Shown: positions 7,023-16,630, numbered from the stretch's first letter. The stretch is DNA of 64,000 bases from Oscillospiraceae bacterium (GCA_017619535.1 JAFZSD010000025.1:878-64877), one strand, 5' to 3'. Numbers and translations are program-made. The notes: generated by a model from the sequence alone, not told the origin.

Positions 7023-7050
7023 TTGACAACATGGAAAAAGAGAATATAAT
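7023..7050 (+). promoter_or_regulatory. Sigma-70 type promoter for the MYG1/CCA operon
   Basis: TTGACA (7023-7028), 16-nt spacer, TATAAT (7045-7050). Confidence 0.6.
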
Positions 7051-7101
7051 AGCACCCTTTGTTCCTGACGGAAAAGGAATCTGTTCAGGTGGGTGTTGAA
7101 A

Positions 7102-7932
7102 ATGCTAGCTTTGGAAAATACCACTTCTATTTTTGTCCATGCCGGAATATTTCACGCAGATGACGCTTTTGCAGCTGCGCTGGTTATAGCTGCGGCCGGA
7201 AGAGTCATTCCTGTGGAAAGATGTTTATCGGTTCCTAAAGGCCTCCCGGATTCCATAATCATAGCGGATATTGGCCGAGGGAAATATGATCATCACCAGG
7301 ATGATGCAAAGCTCAGAGCAGACGGGAAAAAATATGCCGCCTGCGGACTCCTGTATGAAGAATTGAAGGAGCGTCTGTTCCTCACGGAAGAGGCGAGAGA
7401 GGAGTTTCGTTCCCACTTTATTCTTCCTATTGAGGATGCAGATAACGGCATTTCAAATAATCCTCTAACATGCTATATTGATGATATGAATCCCGATTGG
7501 GACAGGCCGGAGGAAAGCGACAGAAGATTTAGCGGTGCCGTAAAACTGTTCCTAAATCTAATCGAAGCTGCGCAAAGAAAAGAAAAGGCCGCTCTTCGTG
7601 CTGATCATCTTCTCTCTGACGCTTTAGCTAAAGCGGAGGGGAAAGTAGTCCTGCTGGAAAAACCAGTCCCTTGGCAGAGGAGAGTCTGCCAAACTGATAA
7701 TCTGTTTGTGATATATTATTCCCAAAGAGGTGTATGGACCGTTCAATGTGTTCCGGAAGAGCCAGATTCCTTCATTGTCCGATATCCGTTATCACCTATG
7801 GAGGAAATGGAGGGCTGCATATTCTGTCATGCCGGGCGGTTTCTTGCGGCGTTTGACTCGGAGGAACATGCCATAAATGCTGCGAGGAAGCTGGTAAGAG
7901 AAAGTGAGCTGAAGACTAATGGAAATTCCTGA
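7102..7932 (+). CDS. MYG1 (UPF0160) family metal-dependent exonuclease/hydrolase, 276 aa
   Basis: VHAGIFHADDAFAAAL near the N-terminus and GKYDHHQ match the MYG1 signature. ATG 7102 is preceded by AGGTGGG. Confidence 0.75.
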   Translation: MLALENTTSIFVHAGIFHADDAFAAALVIAAAGRVIPVERCLSVPKGLPDSIIIADIGRGKYDHHQDDAKLRADGKKYAACGLLYEELKERLFLTEEAREEFRSHFILPIEDADNGISNNPLTCYIDDMNPDWDRPEESDRRFSGAVKLFLNLIEAAQRKEKAALRADHLLSDALAKAEGKVVLLEKPVPWQRRVCQTDNLFVIYYSQRGVWTVQCVPEEPDSFIVRYPLSPMEEMEGCIFCHAGRFLAAFDSEEHAINAARKLVRESELKTNGNS

Positions 7933-9298
7933 AAACAAAAATGTCGTCATGGCAAGGATGATAGCTCAAAAGGTGGCGTTGGAAGGTGGCAGGGCCTTCT
8001 ATGTCGGCGGCATTGTGCGGGATCATATACTTGGCCTGGATAATAAAGATGTGGACATTGAAATACATGGAATCACGCCGGAGAAACTTGCTGAAATACT
8101 GGAGACTTTCGGAGAGGTCACGAAAACAGGATTGAGTTTCGGCGTGTTCGGACTGAAGAAGTATGAAATCGATATTGCCATGCCCCGGAAAGAGACGGCT
8201 GTTGGCCGCGGGCACAGGGATTTTGAAATTGATGTTGACCCATTCATAGGATACGAAAAAGCCGCCTTGCGACGTGACTTCACAATGAACGCCATGATGG
8301 AAGATGTGCTAACCGGTGAGATCCTGGACTATTTCGGTGGCAGAGAAGATATGAAAAAACATCTGATTCGCCATGTGAATGATGCCACATACCGGGAGGA
8401 CGCTCTGAGAGTCCTCCGTGCTGCACAGTTTGCCGCAAGATTCCAGTTTGAGATCGCAGATGAGACACGATATGTATCACAGACTATGAATCTGGCAGAA
8501 CTTGCACCGGAGAGAATTCATGATGAATTGAATAAAGCTCTCATGAAAGCAGAGAAGCCCAGTGTTTTCTTTGATGAAATGCGGAAGATGGGGCAACTGT
8601 CCCAGTGGTTCCCGGAGATAGAAGCCCTGATTGGCGTTCCGCAAAATCCTGCGCATCATCCTGAGGGGGATGTCTGGTCTCATATGCTGATGGTGCTTGA
8701 CGCCGCTGCAGAGCTGAGAAACGATGCAAAATATCCGGAAGGCTTCATGATGTCCGCGCTCACCCACGATTTGGGAAAAGCAGTCTCTACCATTGTGGAA
8801 GAGAACAAGGTTAGCTCAATCGGACACGAAATAACCGGAGTTGCGCTTGCAAGGCAGTTTCTGAGTAGAATAAGCAACGAAAACAAACTGGCGCACTATG
8901 TTCTTAACATGGTTGAGCTTCATATGAGGCCAAACATGATGGCAAGTGACAGAGCCGGTCGAAAAGCGACTTCGAAGATGTTTGATCAGTCGGTATGCCC
9001 AGAGGATCTTCTCCTTCTTGCAAAAGCGGATTATTTTGGCAAAGGCAATGCGAAGGATTACAGCACAACCGAAGCTTTCCTTCAGGAACGCCTTTCAACC
9101 TATCGGGAGCTTATGTCGCGACCATTTGTCCAAGGGCGGGATCTGATTGAGGCAGGCATAGAACCAGGGCCAGATTTCAACGAAGCGCTGGCTTACTCGC
9201 ATAAGATGAGACTTGCGGGCGTCCCCAAAGCTGATGCTCTGGCACAGACGCTGGCCTATATCAGGAAAATGAGGCAAACACCGAGCGGGAAGATATAG
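7919..9298 (+). CDS. Class II tRNA nucleotidyltransferase (CCA-adding/poly(A) polymerase family) with C-terminal HD domain, 459 aa
   Basis: GGIVRDHILG, DVDIE, RRDFTMNA and EDALRVLRAAQFAARF head-domain motifs, plus HD motifs AHHPEGDVWSH and HDLGK. Overlaps the MYG1 gene by 14 nt. Confidence 0.85.
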   Translation: MEIPENKNVVMARMIAQKVALEGGRAFYVGGIVRDHILGLDNKDVDIEIHGITPEKLAEILETFGEVTKTGLSFGVFGLKKYEIDIAMPRKETAVGRGHRDFEIDVDPFIGYEKAALRRDFTMNAMMEDVLTGEILDYFGGREDMKKHLIRHVNDATYREDALRVLRAAQFAARFQFEIADETRYVSQTMNLAELAPERIHDELNKALMKAEKPSVFFDEMRKMGQLSQWFPEIEALIGVPQNPAHHPEGDVWSHMLMVLDAAAELRNDAKYPEGFMMSALTHDLGKAVSTIVEENKVSSIGHEITGVALARQFLSRISNENKLAHYVLNMVELHMRPNMMASDRAGRKATSKMFDQSVCPEDLLLLAKADYFGKGNAKDYSTTEAFLQERLSTYRELMSRPFVQGRDLIEAGIEPGPDFNEALAYSHKMRLAGVPKADALAQTLAYIRKMRQTPSGKI

Positions 9299-9415
9299 CA
9301 ACATCTGACACTATACCCGTTATGTGAGAAAAACATAGCCCTACCTTCACTGCCTATTATATTCAGGAAAAAAGACGACCACAACGTCCAATTGGATGTA
9401 TTCGGCAAAAAAGAA

Positions 9416-9447
9416 GGGTGCAGATGCGGTTTGCATAATCTGCACCC
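9416..9447. repeat. 10-bp stem inverted repeat next to the right direct repeat
   Basis: GGGTGCAGAT (9416-9425) / ATCTGCACCC (9438-9447). Confidence 0.7.
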
Positions 9448-9450
9448 ACT

Positions 9451-9464
9451 TTGCACCCACCCCC
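9451..9464 (+). repeat. Right copy of the 14-bp direct repeat TTGCACCCACCCCC
   Basis: Identical to 6919-6932. Confidence 0.8.
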
Positions 9465-9520
9465 CTTTGGAGGTAAGAAACGCCGAATTGTATGAATACT
9501 GGAGTCCTAACGCATGAATA

Positions 9521-9550
9521 ATAGCCGCTGGCTTTGAAGCCGGCGGCTAT
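9521..9550. terminator. Bidirectional hairpin between the CCA operon and the convergent ATPase gene
   Basis: ATAGCCGCTGGC / GCCGGCGGCTAT (one mismatch), followed by TTCTTTAT. Confidence 0.5.
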
Positions 9551-9554
9551 TTCT

Positions 9555-10922
9555 TTATCCTGTGGGCAATGTTGTTCTCCAATCAAAGAGAAGAAATGAC
9601 ATGTAATGCGGGATCGTCAGTACTCTGTCAGAAACACAAAGGTTTGAATCCTTGATCCGGATCAATCGTGTTTCCCCGTAATGGTCAGGATTTGCCATCA
9701 CCGTTTTAGCGCTTTTTGTGTTTCCGTCGACAGCTTTGACCTCAAGGATCGTGGATTCCCCGTGATAATTGATAACAAAGTCCAGTTCCAGTCTGCTTTC
9801 TTTTGCAAAGTAGAAAAGCCTTCCTCCGCGTTTATACAGTGCATCAGCGATCAGCGATTCATAGATCACGCCTTTCCCCATTCCCAGTTTTCCGGACAGT
9901 ATTGCTTCTGTTGTTCCGTCTTCAAGCATTCCCACCAGCATGCCTATGTCTGTAGTGAATACTTTATACTTGTTTTGAATTACATTGACCGAAAGCGGAG
10001 TCGCCGGAACAGTCAGATTGTGAACTTTCGTGATGACACCTGCATCTTTCAGATAATCGAGCGCATCTTTCCCTGAGTCTTTTGCACCTTTGCCTGCAAT
10101 ATGTGAAACTATGAATCTCTTATTCTCTTTTCCCAAAAATGACGGTATCAGCGAAAAAGCGCTCCTGATCCTCGCAACCTCGTTTGCGTTGAAAATCGGT
10201 TTATTGTCCTTGCCCCGACGTCTTCCGAAATCATCCTGGAGATTTCTGGTGATTCTTCTGGTAATCTGGATCGTCGAGTAGATATTGTTAGTCTCCACAT
10301 AATTGCAGACCGCCTCCGGGAATCCTCCGACACACAGATACTCCCTGAACAGTGCAGTAAAAGAGTTGTGCATGGATTTTGACAAAGGTTTCTGAGTTTC
10401 AAGTGCTTCTCTGATGTAGGACACTTCCCTGTCCGTATACCCTTTAGCCCACAGGAATTCTTCGAAATCCAACGTTCTCATATCAAACTCATCTGTGCAG
10501 CCAACAGGTTTGGGTGTATCGTCAGAAACAACATAACCATTTACCCCCAAATATGAGCCTGACGCAATATAGTCGAATCTCTTATCATTTGCTACTGTTT
10601 TTAACGACAAGAGAGCCCTCGGGCATTCCTGCACCTCGTCATATATGAAGACTGTGGTTCCATATTGCAACTCTGGCAGCGGCATCTTCACGGATAACTC
10701 ACGGATGATCGTATCCACATCCAACTCGCCGTCAAACACGTCGATCAGGTCAGGTCTGTCCCAAAAGTTGAGGTAGATCACTACTTGATAATTGCTTTCA
10801 GCAAACAACCTGATTGAATGTGTTTTCCCCGATTGTCTTATGCCTCTAACCAGTGCCGGTTTATGATCATGGTCTTCTTTCCACCCCATAAGCCACTTGT
10901 CTATGTGTCTTTTTAATTCCAC
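9555..10922 (-). CDS. AAA+ ATPase with DUF4143-type C-terminal domain, 455 aa
   Basis: KPALVRGIRQSGKTH Walker A and FIYDEVQ Walker B. GTG start at 10922 is preferred (GGAGGG SD 7 nt upstream; VELKRHIDKWL...) over the ORF-track start at 10970. Confidence 0.7.
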   Translation of the reverse strand: MELKRHIDKWLMGWKEDHDHKPALVRGIRQSGKTHSIRLFAESNYQVVIYLNFWDRPDLIDVFDGELDVDTIIRELSVKMPLPELQYGTTVFIYDEVQECPRALLSLKTVANDKRFDYIASGSYLGVNGYVVSDDTPKPVGCTDEFDMRTLDFEEFLWAKGYTDREVSYIREALETQKPLSKSMHNSFTALFREYLCVGGFPEAVCNYVETNNIYSTIQITRRITRNLQDDFGRRRGKDNKPIFNANEVARIRSAFSLIPSFLGKENKRFIVSHIAGKGAKDSGKDALDYLKDAGVITKVHNLTVPATPLSVNVIQNKYKVFTTDIGMLVGMLEDGTTEAILSGKLGMGKGVIYESLIADALYKRGGRLFYFAKESRLELDFVINYHGESTILEVKAVDGNTKSAKTVMANPDHYGETRLIRIKDSNLCVSDRVLTIPHYMSFLLFDWRTTLPTG

Positions 10923-10956
10923 CTGACATCCCTCCAACACATATGATACACATATA

Positions 10957-11012
10957 TTCGGAAAAATCAAGGCGAGTTTTAAAACATTTTCGGAAAAATC
11001 AAGGCGAGTTTT
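10957..11012. repeat. Perfect 24-bp direct repeat, two copies 32 bp apart
   Basis: TTCGGAAAAATCAAGGCGAGTTTT at 10957-10980 and 10989-11012, immediately upstream (minus sense) of the ATPase gene and at the AT-rich/GC-rich transition. Confidence 0.9.
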
Positions 11013-11065
11013 GAAAAGAAAGCGGAAACACTGACAGCAAAGTAACGAACTATGATATTGCAGAG

Positions 11066-11097
11066 AAAACCCCAGAAGTCATTTTCTGGGGTTTTTG
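11066..11097 (-). terminator. Terminator of the cob operon
   Basis: AAAACCCCAGAA / TTCTGGGGTTTT hairpin with flanking A/T runs, 85 nt past the cobQ stop. Confidence 0.7.
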
Positions 11098-11181
11098 TGT
11101 ACCGATACTCATCAGTTTTCTTTGTCGGCGGGCCTGAACTGCCGTCCCGTCCGGTGTTTTCGGGAGATATCGCTGCCGTTC

Positions 11182-12645
11182 TCACATATCCGTCCGGTTC
11201 ACGATGCGGTAGACCAGGTCCATGTCGAGTCCCCCGCGGACTGCGTCGGCAAGCTTGTTGTACTGAGCCTCGCGGTAGGTACTCTGGTCGAATGAGCCGA
11301 GCGCGGAGATATCCGTGCCTTTTTTGCAGCACAGCGCGCGGAGCACCGTTTCGGCGATGCCGGGGGCGTCGAACACGCCGTGCACGTAGGTACCGTAGGT
11401 ATCGCCGTCCGAGATGACGGGCGGAAGTTCTCCGCTTCTTCCCATGTGGATCTCATAACCCTCGTAGGACAGGCCGGAGAGCGGGGCGAGAATACCGGTG
11501 ATCTCCGGGAACACGCCGCCGGTCTGCCGCTGCACCTTGTCCCCGGAGAAAACGGTGCGGACAGGCAACAGGCCCATGCCGTCGATCCTGGTCATGCCGG
11601 ATGCCTCGACGCCGTCGGGATCCTCCACGGAACAGCCGAGCATCTGGTAGCCGCCGCAGATACCGAACACCGGCGTTCCGCGGGATTCATGCTGTTTTAT
11701 CGCTGCCTCGAGCCCGCTCTCGCGCAGCCATACGAGGTCGGATATCGTGCTCTTGGTGCCGGGGATCACGATAAGATCGGGCTCCTGCAGATCCCCGGGC
11801 TTCGTGACGTAGCGTACGGAGACGTTTTCCCACCGTTCAAACGGGGCGAGATCTGTGAAATTCGAGATACGCGGAAGACGGACGACGGCGATATCTATGA
11901 GCTTTGCCGCGCCGTCACGGTAAAACCGCTCCGAAAGGCTGTCCTCGTCGTCGATGTCCACATGAAGATACGGCACGACGCCCGCCACGGGCACGCCGCA
12001 CAGCGCGGACAGCTGCGTAAGTCCCGGCTCCAGGATCTTTCTGTCGCCGCGGAACTTGTTGACGATCACGGCCTTAATGCGTTCGCGTTCGTCGCTCTCC
12101 AGAAGGGCGACCGTGCCGTAGAGTTGGGCGAACACGCCTCCCCTGTCTATATCGCCCACGAGCAGAACGGGGGCGTCCACCATCTTAGCAAGGCCCATAT
12201 TGACGATGTCCTCGCTTTTGAGGTTTATCTCGGCCGGACTGCCGGCGCCCTCGATGACGATAATATCGTTTTCGGCCGCCAGGGAATCGTATGCCTCCAT
12301 GACGGCGGGTATGAACTCGCGCTTGCGCCGGAAATACTCCATCGCGCGCATGTTGCCGACGGGGCGTCCGTTGACGATTATCTGAGAGCCCACGTCGGTG
12401 GTCGGCTTCAGCAGGATGGGGTTCATGCGCACGTCGGGTTCGATCCCGGCGGCCTCCGCCTGCACCACCTGCGCCCGGCCCATCTCGAAACCGTCCCTGG
12501 TTATGAAAGAGTTAAGCGCCATGTTCTGGCTTTTGAACGGCGCGACGCGGTATCCGTCCTGCCGGAAGATGCGGCAGAGGGCGGCGGCTATGAGGCTCTT
12601 GCCGGCGTTGGACATGGTGCCCTGTATCATTACGTTCTTTGCCAT
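11182..12645 (-). CDS. cobQ: Cobyric acid synthase
   Basis: [27 protein letters not shown]... with a C-terminal glutamine amidotransferase-like part ([10 protein letters not shown]). Confidence 0.9.
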   Translation of the reverse strand: MAKNVMIQGTMSNAGKSLIAAALCRIFRQDGYRVAPFKSQNMALNSFITRDGFEMGRAQVVQAEAAGIEPDVRMNPILLKPTTDVGSQIIVNGRPVGNMRAMEYFRRKREFIPAVMEAYDSLAAENDIIVIEGAGSPAEINLKSEDIVNMGLAKMVDAPVLLVGDIDRGGVFAQLYGTVALLESDERERIKAVIVNKFRGDRKILEPGLTQLSALCGVPVAGVVPYLHVDIDDEDSLSERFYRDGAAKLIDIAVVRLPRISNFTDLAPFERWENVSVRYVTKPGDLQEPDLIVIPGTKSTISDLVWLRESGLEAAIKQHESRGTPVFGICGGYQMLGCSVEDPDGVEASGMTRIDGMGLLPVRTVFSGDKVQRQTGGVFPEITGILAPLSGLSYEGYEIHMGRSGELPPVISDGDTYGTYVHGVFDAPGIAETVLRALCCKKGTDISALGSFDQSTYREAQYNKLADAVRGGLDMDLVYRIVNRTDM

Positions 12646-13685
12646 CGTATCCCCCGTATCGCTTCGATGAGCGCGTCGTTCTCCTCGGGAAGCCTTACCG
12701 CCGTGCGGAAAAAGCCCGGCCCGAGGCCGTTGAAATTCGAGCAGTCCCTTATCAGGATGCCCTGCCGCCGCAGGGCGGCAGCGAGATCCGGAGCCGCCCG
12801 GAAGAGCAGGAAACTCACGTCTGACGGAAAAGCCTCAACACCCAGCGCGAGAAGTTCCTTTTCCATGCGCGGACGCTCAGTTCTTATGAGCGCGCGCGTT
12901 TTTTCGATGAACCCGGTCTCCCCAAGCGCGGCCAGGCCCGCGGTCTGCGCCACGACTGAGATGTTCCACGGCTGCACGGTGTGGGACATGCCGTGCAGGA
13001 GCTCCCGGTCGGAGCACACGACGTAGCCCAGCCGCACGCCGGCCATGCCGAAGCTCTTTGTGAACGCCTTCAGAACGGCTGCGAAGGGCATGCCGGAAAG
13101 CTCCGGCACGAGGCTCTTTCCGTTTTCGGAGAGGTCTATGAAGCACTCGTCCATGAAGACGCGCGCGCCGACGGAGGCGGCCGTCTCCAGGATGCGAATC
13201 TTTGGCGCAGGGTCCGTCAGCCTGCCCGTTGGATTGTTTGGATCGCACAGGAAAACGACGTTGGGAGATATCTCTCTTATATCCGAGAGCAGCCGCTCCG
13301 TCACGGCAAAGTCCTCCTCTTCGCGGAGGACATGCCGGAAGACCCGGCACCCCGTGTTCTCCAGCGCCATGGCGTATTCGGAGAAGGTCGGCGCAAGTTC
13401 GAGCGCCGTTTCAGGCTTTACCGCCGCGCAGTAGGAATAGATCAGCTCCGCCGCGCCGGCGCCGCATAGCACGTATTCTTCCGGCACGCCCTCACGCGCT
13501 GCTATCGCCGACACGAGCCTGCGGCAGTATGGATCCGGGTACCGGTGCAGTTCTGACAGGCATGCGGACACGGCCTCCCGCACGCCGTCCGGCGTGCCGA
13601 AGGGGTTCGTGTTGGCGGAAAAATCCAGCCGTATATCGCCTTCGTATATGTCCCCGCCATGGGGGTTTTTCTCTTTATACAGCAT
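12630..13685 (-). CDS. cobD: Threonine-phosphate decarboxylase (class I/II aminotransferase fold)
   Basis: N-terminal NPHGGDIY and [10 protein letters not shown] motifs. Position between cbiB and cobQ. Confidence 0.8.
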   Translation of the reverse strand: MLYKEKNPHGGDIYEGDIRLDFSANTNPFGTPDGVREAVSACLSELHRYPDPYCRRLVSAIAAREGVPEEYVLCGAGAAELIYSYCAAVKPETALELAPTFSEYAMALENTGCRVFRHVLREEEDFAVTERLLSDIREISPNVVFLCDPNNPTGRLTDPAPKIRILETAASVGARVFMDECFIDLSENGKSLVPELSGMPFAAVLKAFTKSFGMAGVRLGYVVCSDRELLHGMSHTVQPWNISVVAQTAGLAALGETGFIEKTRALIRTERPRMEKELLALGVEAFPSDVSFLLFRAAPDLAAALRRQGILIRDCSNFNGLGPGFFRTAVRLPEENDALIEAIRGIRWQRT

Positions 13686-14658
13686 TTATCAAAAACAGGA
13701 CGCAGAGCCGAAGCCCTAGGAAGACAAGCAGCGAAAGCACCGCTGCGGCGTACATTATCACGTTCGCCCGCCGGATATCGTCGTGTTCGATCTCCCGCAC
13801 GGGGTCGCCGATGAATTCTTTTTCATGGAGCACGCCGTGATACCAGGCGTTGCCCGCCAGTCGTAGCCCCAGAAGTCCCGCCATGACGGATTCCGTCTGC
13901 GCAGAGTTGGGGCTCGCGTGTCTGTACCGGTCGCGCCTGAAGATGCGAAGGCCGTTTTTCATATCGAAGCCCAGAATACCGCCGGACAGCAGCAGGAACG
14001 GGGCCGAGAGCCTCGCCGGAACGAAGTTGAACACGTCGTCCGCTTTGGCAGGGACAAGACCGAAATCCTTATACGGCTCCTCGATATATCCCAGCATGGA
14101 GTCCATGGTGTTGACGGCCTTGTAGAACATGCCGAGCGGCCCGCCGCCTATCGCGAGGAAGAGGAGCGGGGCTATGACTCCGTCGGAGGCGTTTTCCGCA
14201 ACGGTCTCGACGGCCGCCCTCGCGATGCCGTGATCGTCAAGAGAATCGGTGTCGCGCCCCACGATCATGGAGACGGCCCTGCGCGAGGCAGGGATATCGC
14301 CGGAATCGAGAGCCGCCTTCACGTTCATGCTTTCCCTGCAGAGCGACCGGGCGGCAATGCACTGCCAGCACATTACGCTCTCGGCAGCGAGGCCGAGCCA
14401 GCTGGAGATATGGTAGAACAGCATCAGCACCGCAGCGGGGATCAGGAACGAAAGCGCGCATACGATGAGCCACAGCGCGGCTCCCGCGGCGTTTTCTCCC
14501 CGGGCGGTCTTGGGGAAAGCCCGCCTCAGGAGCTTCTCGAGCATCGTTATGAGCCTGCCCATCAGCGCTACCGGATGCGGCAGCCCGTGGGGATCGCCGA
14601 CGGCCGCGTCTATGATAAAACCTGCAGCGAGCGCGAAAAGCGAATACAGACCGAACAT
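13675..14658 (-). CDS. cbiB: Adenosylcobinamide-phosphate synthase
   Basis: Membrane protein. The IIDAAVGDPHGLPHPVALMGRLI motif is typical of CbiB/CobD. Confidence 0.85.
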   Translation of the reverse strand: MFGLYSLFALAAGFIIDAAVGDPHGLPHPVALMGRLITMLEKLLRRAFPKTARGENAAGAALWLIVCALSFLIPAAVLMLFYHISSWLGLAAESVMCWQCIAARSLCRESMNVKAALDSGDIPASRRAVSMIVGRDTDSLDDHGIARAAVETVAENASDGVIAPLLFLAIGGGPLGMFYKAVNTMDSMLGYIEEPYKDFGLVPAKADDVFNFVPARLSAPFLLLSGGILGFDMKNGLRIFRRDRYRHASPNSAQTESVMAGLLGLRLAGNAWYHGVLHEKEFIGDPVREIEHDDIRRANVIMYAAAVLSLLVFLGLRLCVLFLINAV

Positions 14659-14659
14659 G

Positions 14660-16630
14660 TCACTTCCTCTGCATCGTGAAGATGTACACGGGATTCTGCC
14701 CCGTCATGAGACTGTACGGACCCAGCTTCCGGGCCTTCGCGATGTTGACGCTGACGACTTCGGTCTCGGTGAAACCGAATTCGCCCATTGCGGCAGAGAG
14801 CTCGGAGACCGTTTCCAGCGCTATCGCCGTGGCGACGATGCGCACGGAGGGGTTCTTTTCAAGAAGAAGCGATATTATTTCCCTCATATTGCCGGAGCTG
14901 CCGCCTATGAACGCGTGCGTCGGTGCAGGAAGCCCGCGGCAGGCGTCGGGCGCGGAGCCCTCGACCGCCGTTACGTTCTTCAGGCCGAAAGCCGCGGCGT
15001 TTGCTTTGATGAGCCCGCAGGCGTCGGGTTTTTTCTCGACGGCGTATACGCCGCCGTGGGGGGCCGCCAGGGCCATCTCCGCGGCCACCGACCCCGTGCC
15101 CGAGCCTATATCCCACGAGACCGAGTCCGGCAGAAGGCGGAGCTTGCTCATGATGACGGCGCGCACCTCGGATTTCGTCATTGGGACGACGGGCGACCCT
15201 TCGCCGCTTCTTGTGAAAGCCTCGTCGGGCAGGCCGGAAGCGCCGCTCACGGGGCAGTCGTTCTCGATCAGCACGCAGCTCAGAGCGTCGAAGCTGCGCC
15301 CGGATAATTCTTCGGGGCATCCCCTCGTCACCTTCCCGTCGGGGCATCCGAGTCTCTCGCCAACGGAAACGCGCACACAGCCGAGGCCGTTTTCACGGAG
15401 TTCTTCGATCAGTCTTCCCGCGCCGTTCTCGCCGCCGACCAGAGCGAACACGCGCCTGTTTCCGCGGACGGCGGGGATGAGATTCGCGTCGCGCCCGTGC
15501 AGGCTGAGAGCCCGGACGTCCTCATAGGAGGAACCGAGCGCGGCACAGAGGTATGACAGAGAACTGACGCCGGGCAGGACCTTGACGTCGCAGAAATCAA
15601 GCAGCGGGAGTAGCCTTTTGGTCCCGCTGTAAAAGCCGGTGTCTCCGCTCATGAGCACGGCGAACCGTGAGAACTGTTTACATCCTCTTATATGATCGGC
15701 TATCGTCTCCGCGGAGACCGCGGCAAAGCGCGCCTGATCGGACCGCGCGAGCTTAAGGAGCCGCTCCGCGCCTATGACGCATTCAGCGGCTGCAAGCGTC
15801 TCCGCCGCGTCGCACGTAAGGCTCCCCTTTCTGCCCGCGCCGGCGCCGATGACGCTGACGGTGGGACGGGAGGCAAAGCCGAAGCGTTTTTCGAGCAGTT
15901 CGACCGTCTCCGCATAGTCAAGGCCGCTCGCGGCGTTTTCGGGGCGGCCTATCACGACCAGCTTTGCGCCGGTCTTTCCGGCGGCTGCGGCTTTTTCCTC
16001 AAAACCGCCCGCTCTTCCCGACTCTTTGGTAACGACGAAGGCCGCGTTGACTGACTCGATCATGGCCGCGTTCATCGCCGCGGAGAAGGGCCCCTGCATG
16101 GCGATTATGTGCGACGGCTCGAGCCCGGATTCCCGGCACTGGGCCAGAGACGATTCCATGGGCAGGACGCGGGCGTATGTGCGTCCTGCGAAACCGTCTA
16201 TCGCTGAAAAAGCTTTAAGGTCTTTCGATCCCGTGGTCAGAAGGATATTGCCCGTGGCGGAATTCAGAAACGCGACGGCGGAGTCTATGTCAGGAACGCA
16301 GACGGCGCCGATCGGCGAGGCCGCGTCCTCGCGCGCCAGCCGGACATACTCCGTTCCCGTGCGGGAACAGGCAAGCTTTATGTTCTCCGTGACTACGGAG
16401 GCGTATGGGTGCGTCGCATCTATCACGAGATCGAAACGCTCCCCGCAAAGCAGCGCCTCCATCTCTTCTTCACCCAGTCTTCCGGCGGATACAGCGACGT
16501 TTTCGGCCGGTTCTATGAGCGTCTCGCCATATTCCGTGGCAACGCACGCGGTGACCTCCGCGCCCTGACCGCTCAGAAATTCAACGAGCCGACGGCCCTC
16601 GGTCGTGCCCGCAAAAACGCATATCTTAAT
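14660..16630 (-). CDS. cbiJ-cbiET: Fusion of cobalt-precorrin-6A reductase (CbiJ) with cobalt-precorrin-6B/7 methyltransferase-decarboxylase (CbiE+CbiT)
   Basis: The track ORF starts at 16462, but the frame stays open upstream and encodes (M)KICVFAGTTEGRRLVEFLSGQGAEV..., the canonical CbiJ N-terminus. The only in-frame start candidate is ATT at 16630-16628, with GAGGGGG 10 nt upstream. CbiE (VSVIGAGAG) and CbiT (WDIGSGTGSVAAE) motifs lie downstream. Confidence 0.7.
   Translation of the reverse strand: MKICVFAGTTEGRRLVEFLSGQGAEVTACVATEYGETLIEPAENVAVSAGRLGEEEMEALLCGERFDLVIDATHPYASVVTENIKLACSRTGTEYVRLAREDAASPIGAVCVPDIDSAVAFLNSATGNILLTTGSKDLKAFSAIDGFAGRTYARVLPMESSLAQCRESGLEPSHIIAMQGPFSAAMNAAMIESVNAAFVVTKESGRAGGFEEKAAAAGKTGAKLVVIGRPENAASGLDYAETVELLEKRFGFASRPTVSVIGAGAGRKGSLTCDAAETLAAAECVIGAERLLKLARSDQARFAAVSAETIADHIRGCKQFSRFAVLMSGDTGFYSGTKRLLPLLDFCDVKVLPGVSSLSYLCAALGSSYEDVRALSLHGRDANLIPAVRGNRRVFALVGGENGAGRLIEELRENGLGCVRVSVGERLGCPDGKVTRGCPEELSGRSFDALSCVLIENDCPVSGASGLPDEAFTRSGEGSPVVPMTKSEVRAVIMSKLRLLPDSVSWDIGSGTGSVAAEMALAAPHGGVYAVEKKPDACGLIKANAAAFGLKNVTAVEGSAPDACRGLPAPTHAFIGGSSGNMREIISLLLEKNPSVRIVATAIALETVSELSAAMGEFGFTETEVVSVNIAKARKLGPYSLMTGQNPVYIFTMQRK

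Noticed and set aside
1-11000. Calling the AT-rich left region an ICE, prophage or transposon
   Set aside because: No integrase, recombinase, relaxase, transposase, capsid or conjugation gene and no tRNA attachment site is visible in the window. Only the compositional shift, the repeats and the cargo type support mobility, so it is described as an accessory island of unknown mechanism.
11380-13026. Long plus-strand ORF (548 aa) and many similar long ORFs antisense to the cob genes (for example 13202..13840, 13918..14679, 14465..15307, 17594..18598, 18309..19586, 19385..20197)
   Set aside because: They lie opposite genes with clear family motifs. Their Arg/Ala/Gly/Pro-rich low-complexity composition is typical of off-frame reading of GC-rich DNA, and none has a recognisable motif or RBS.
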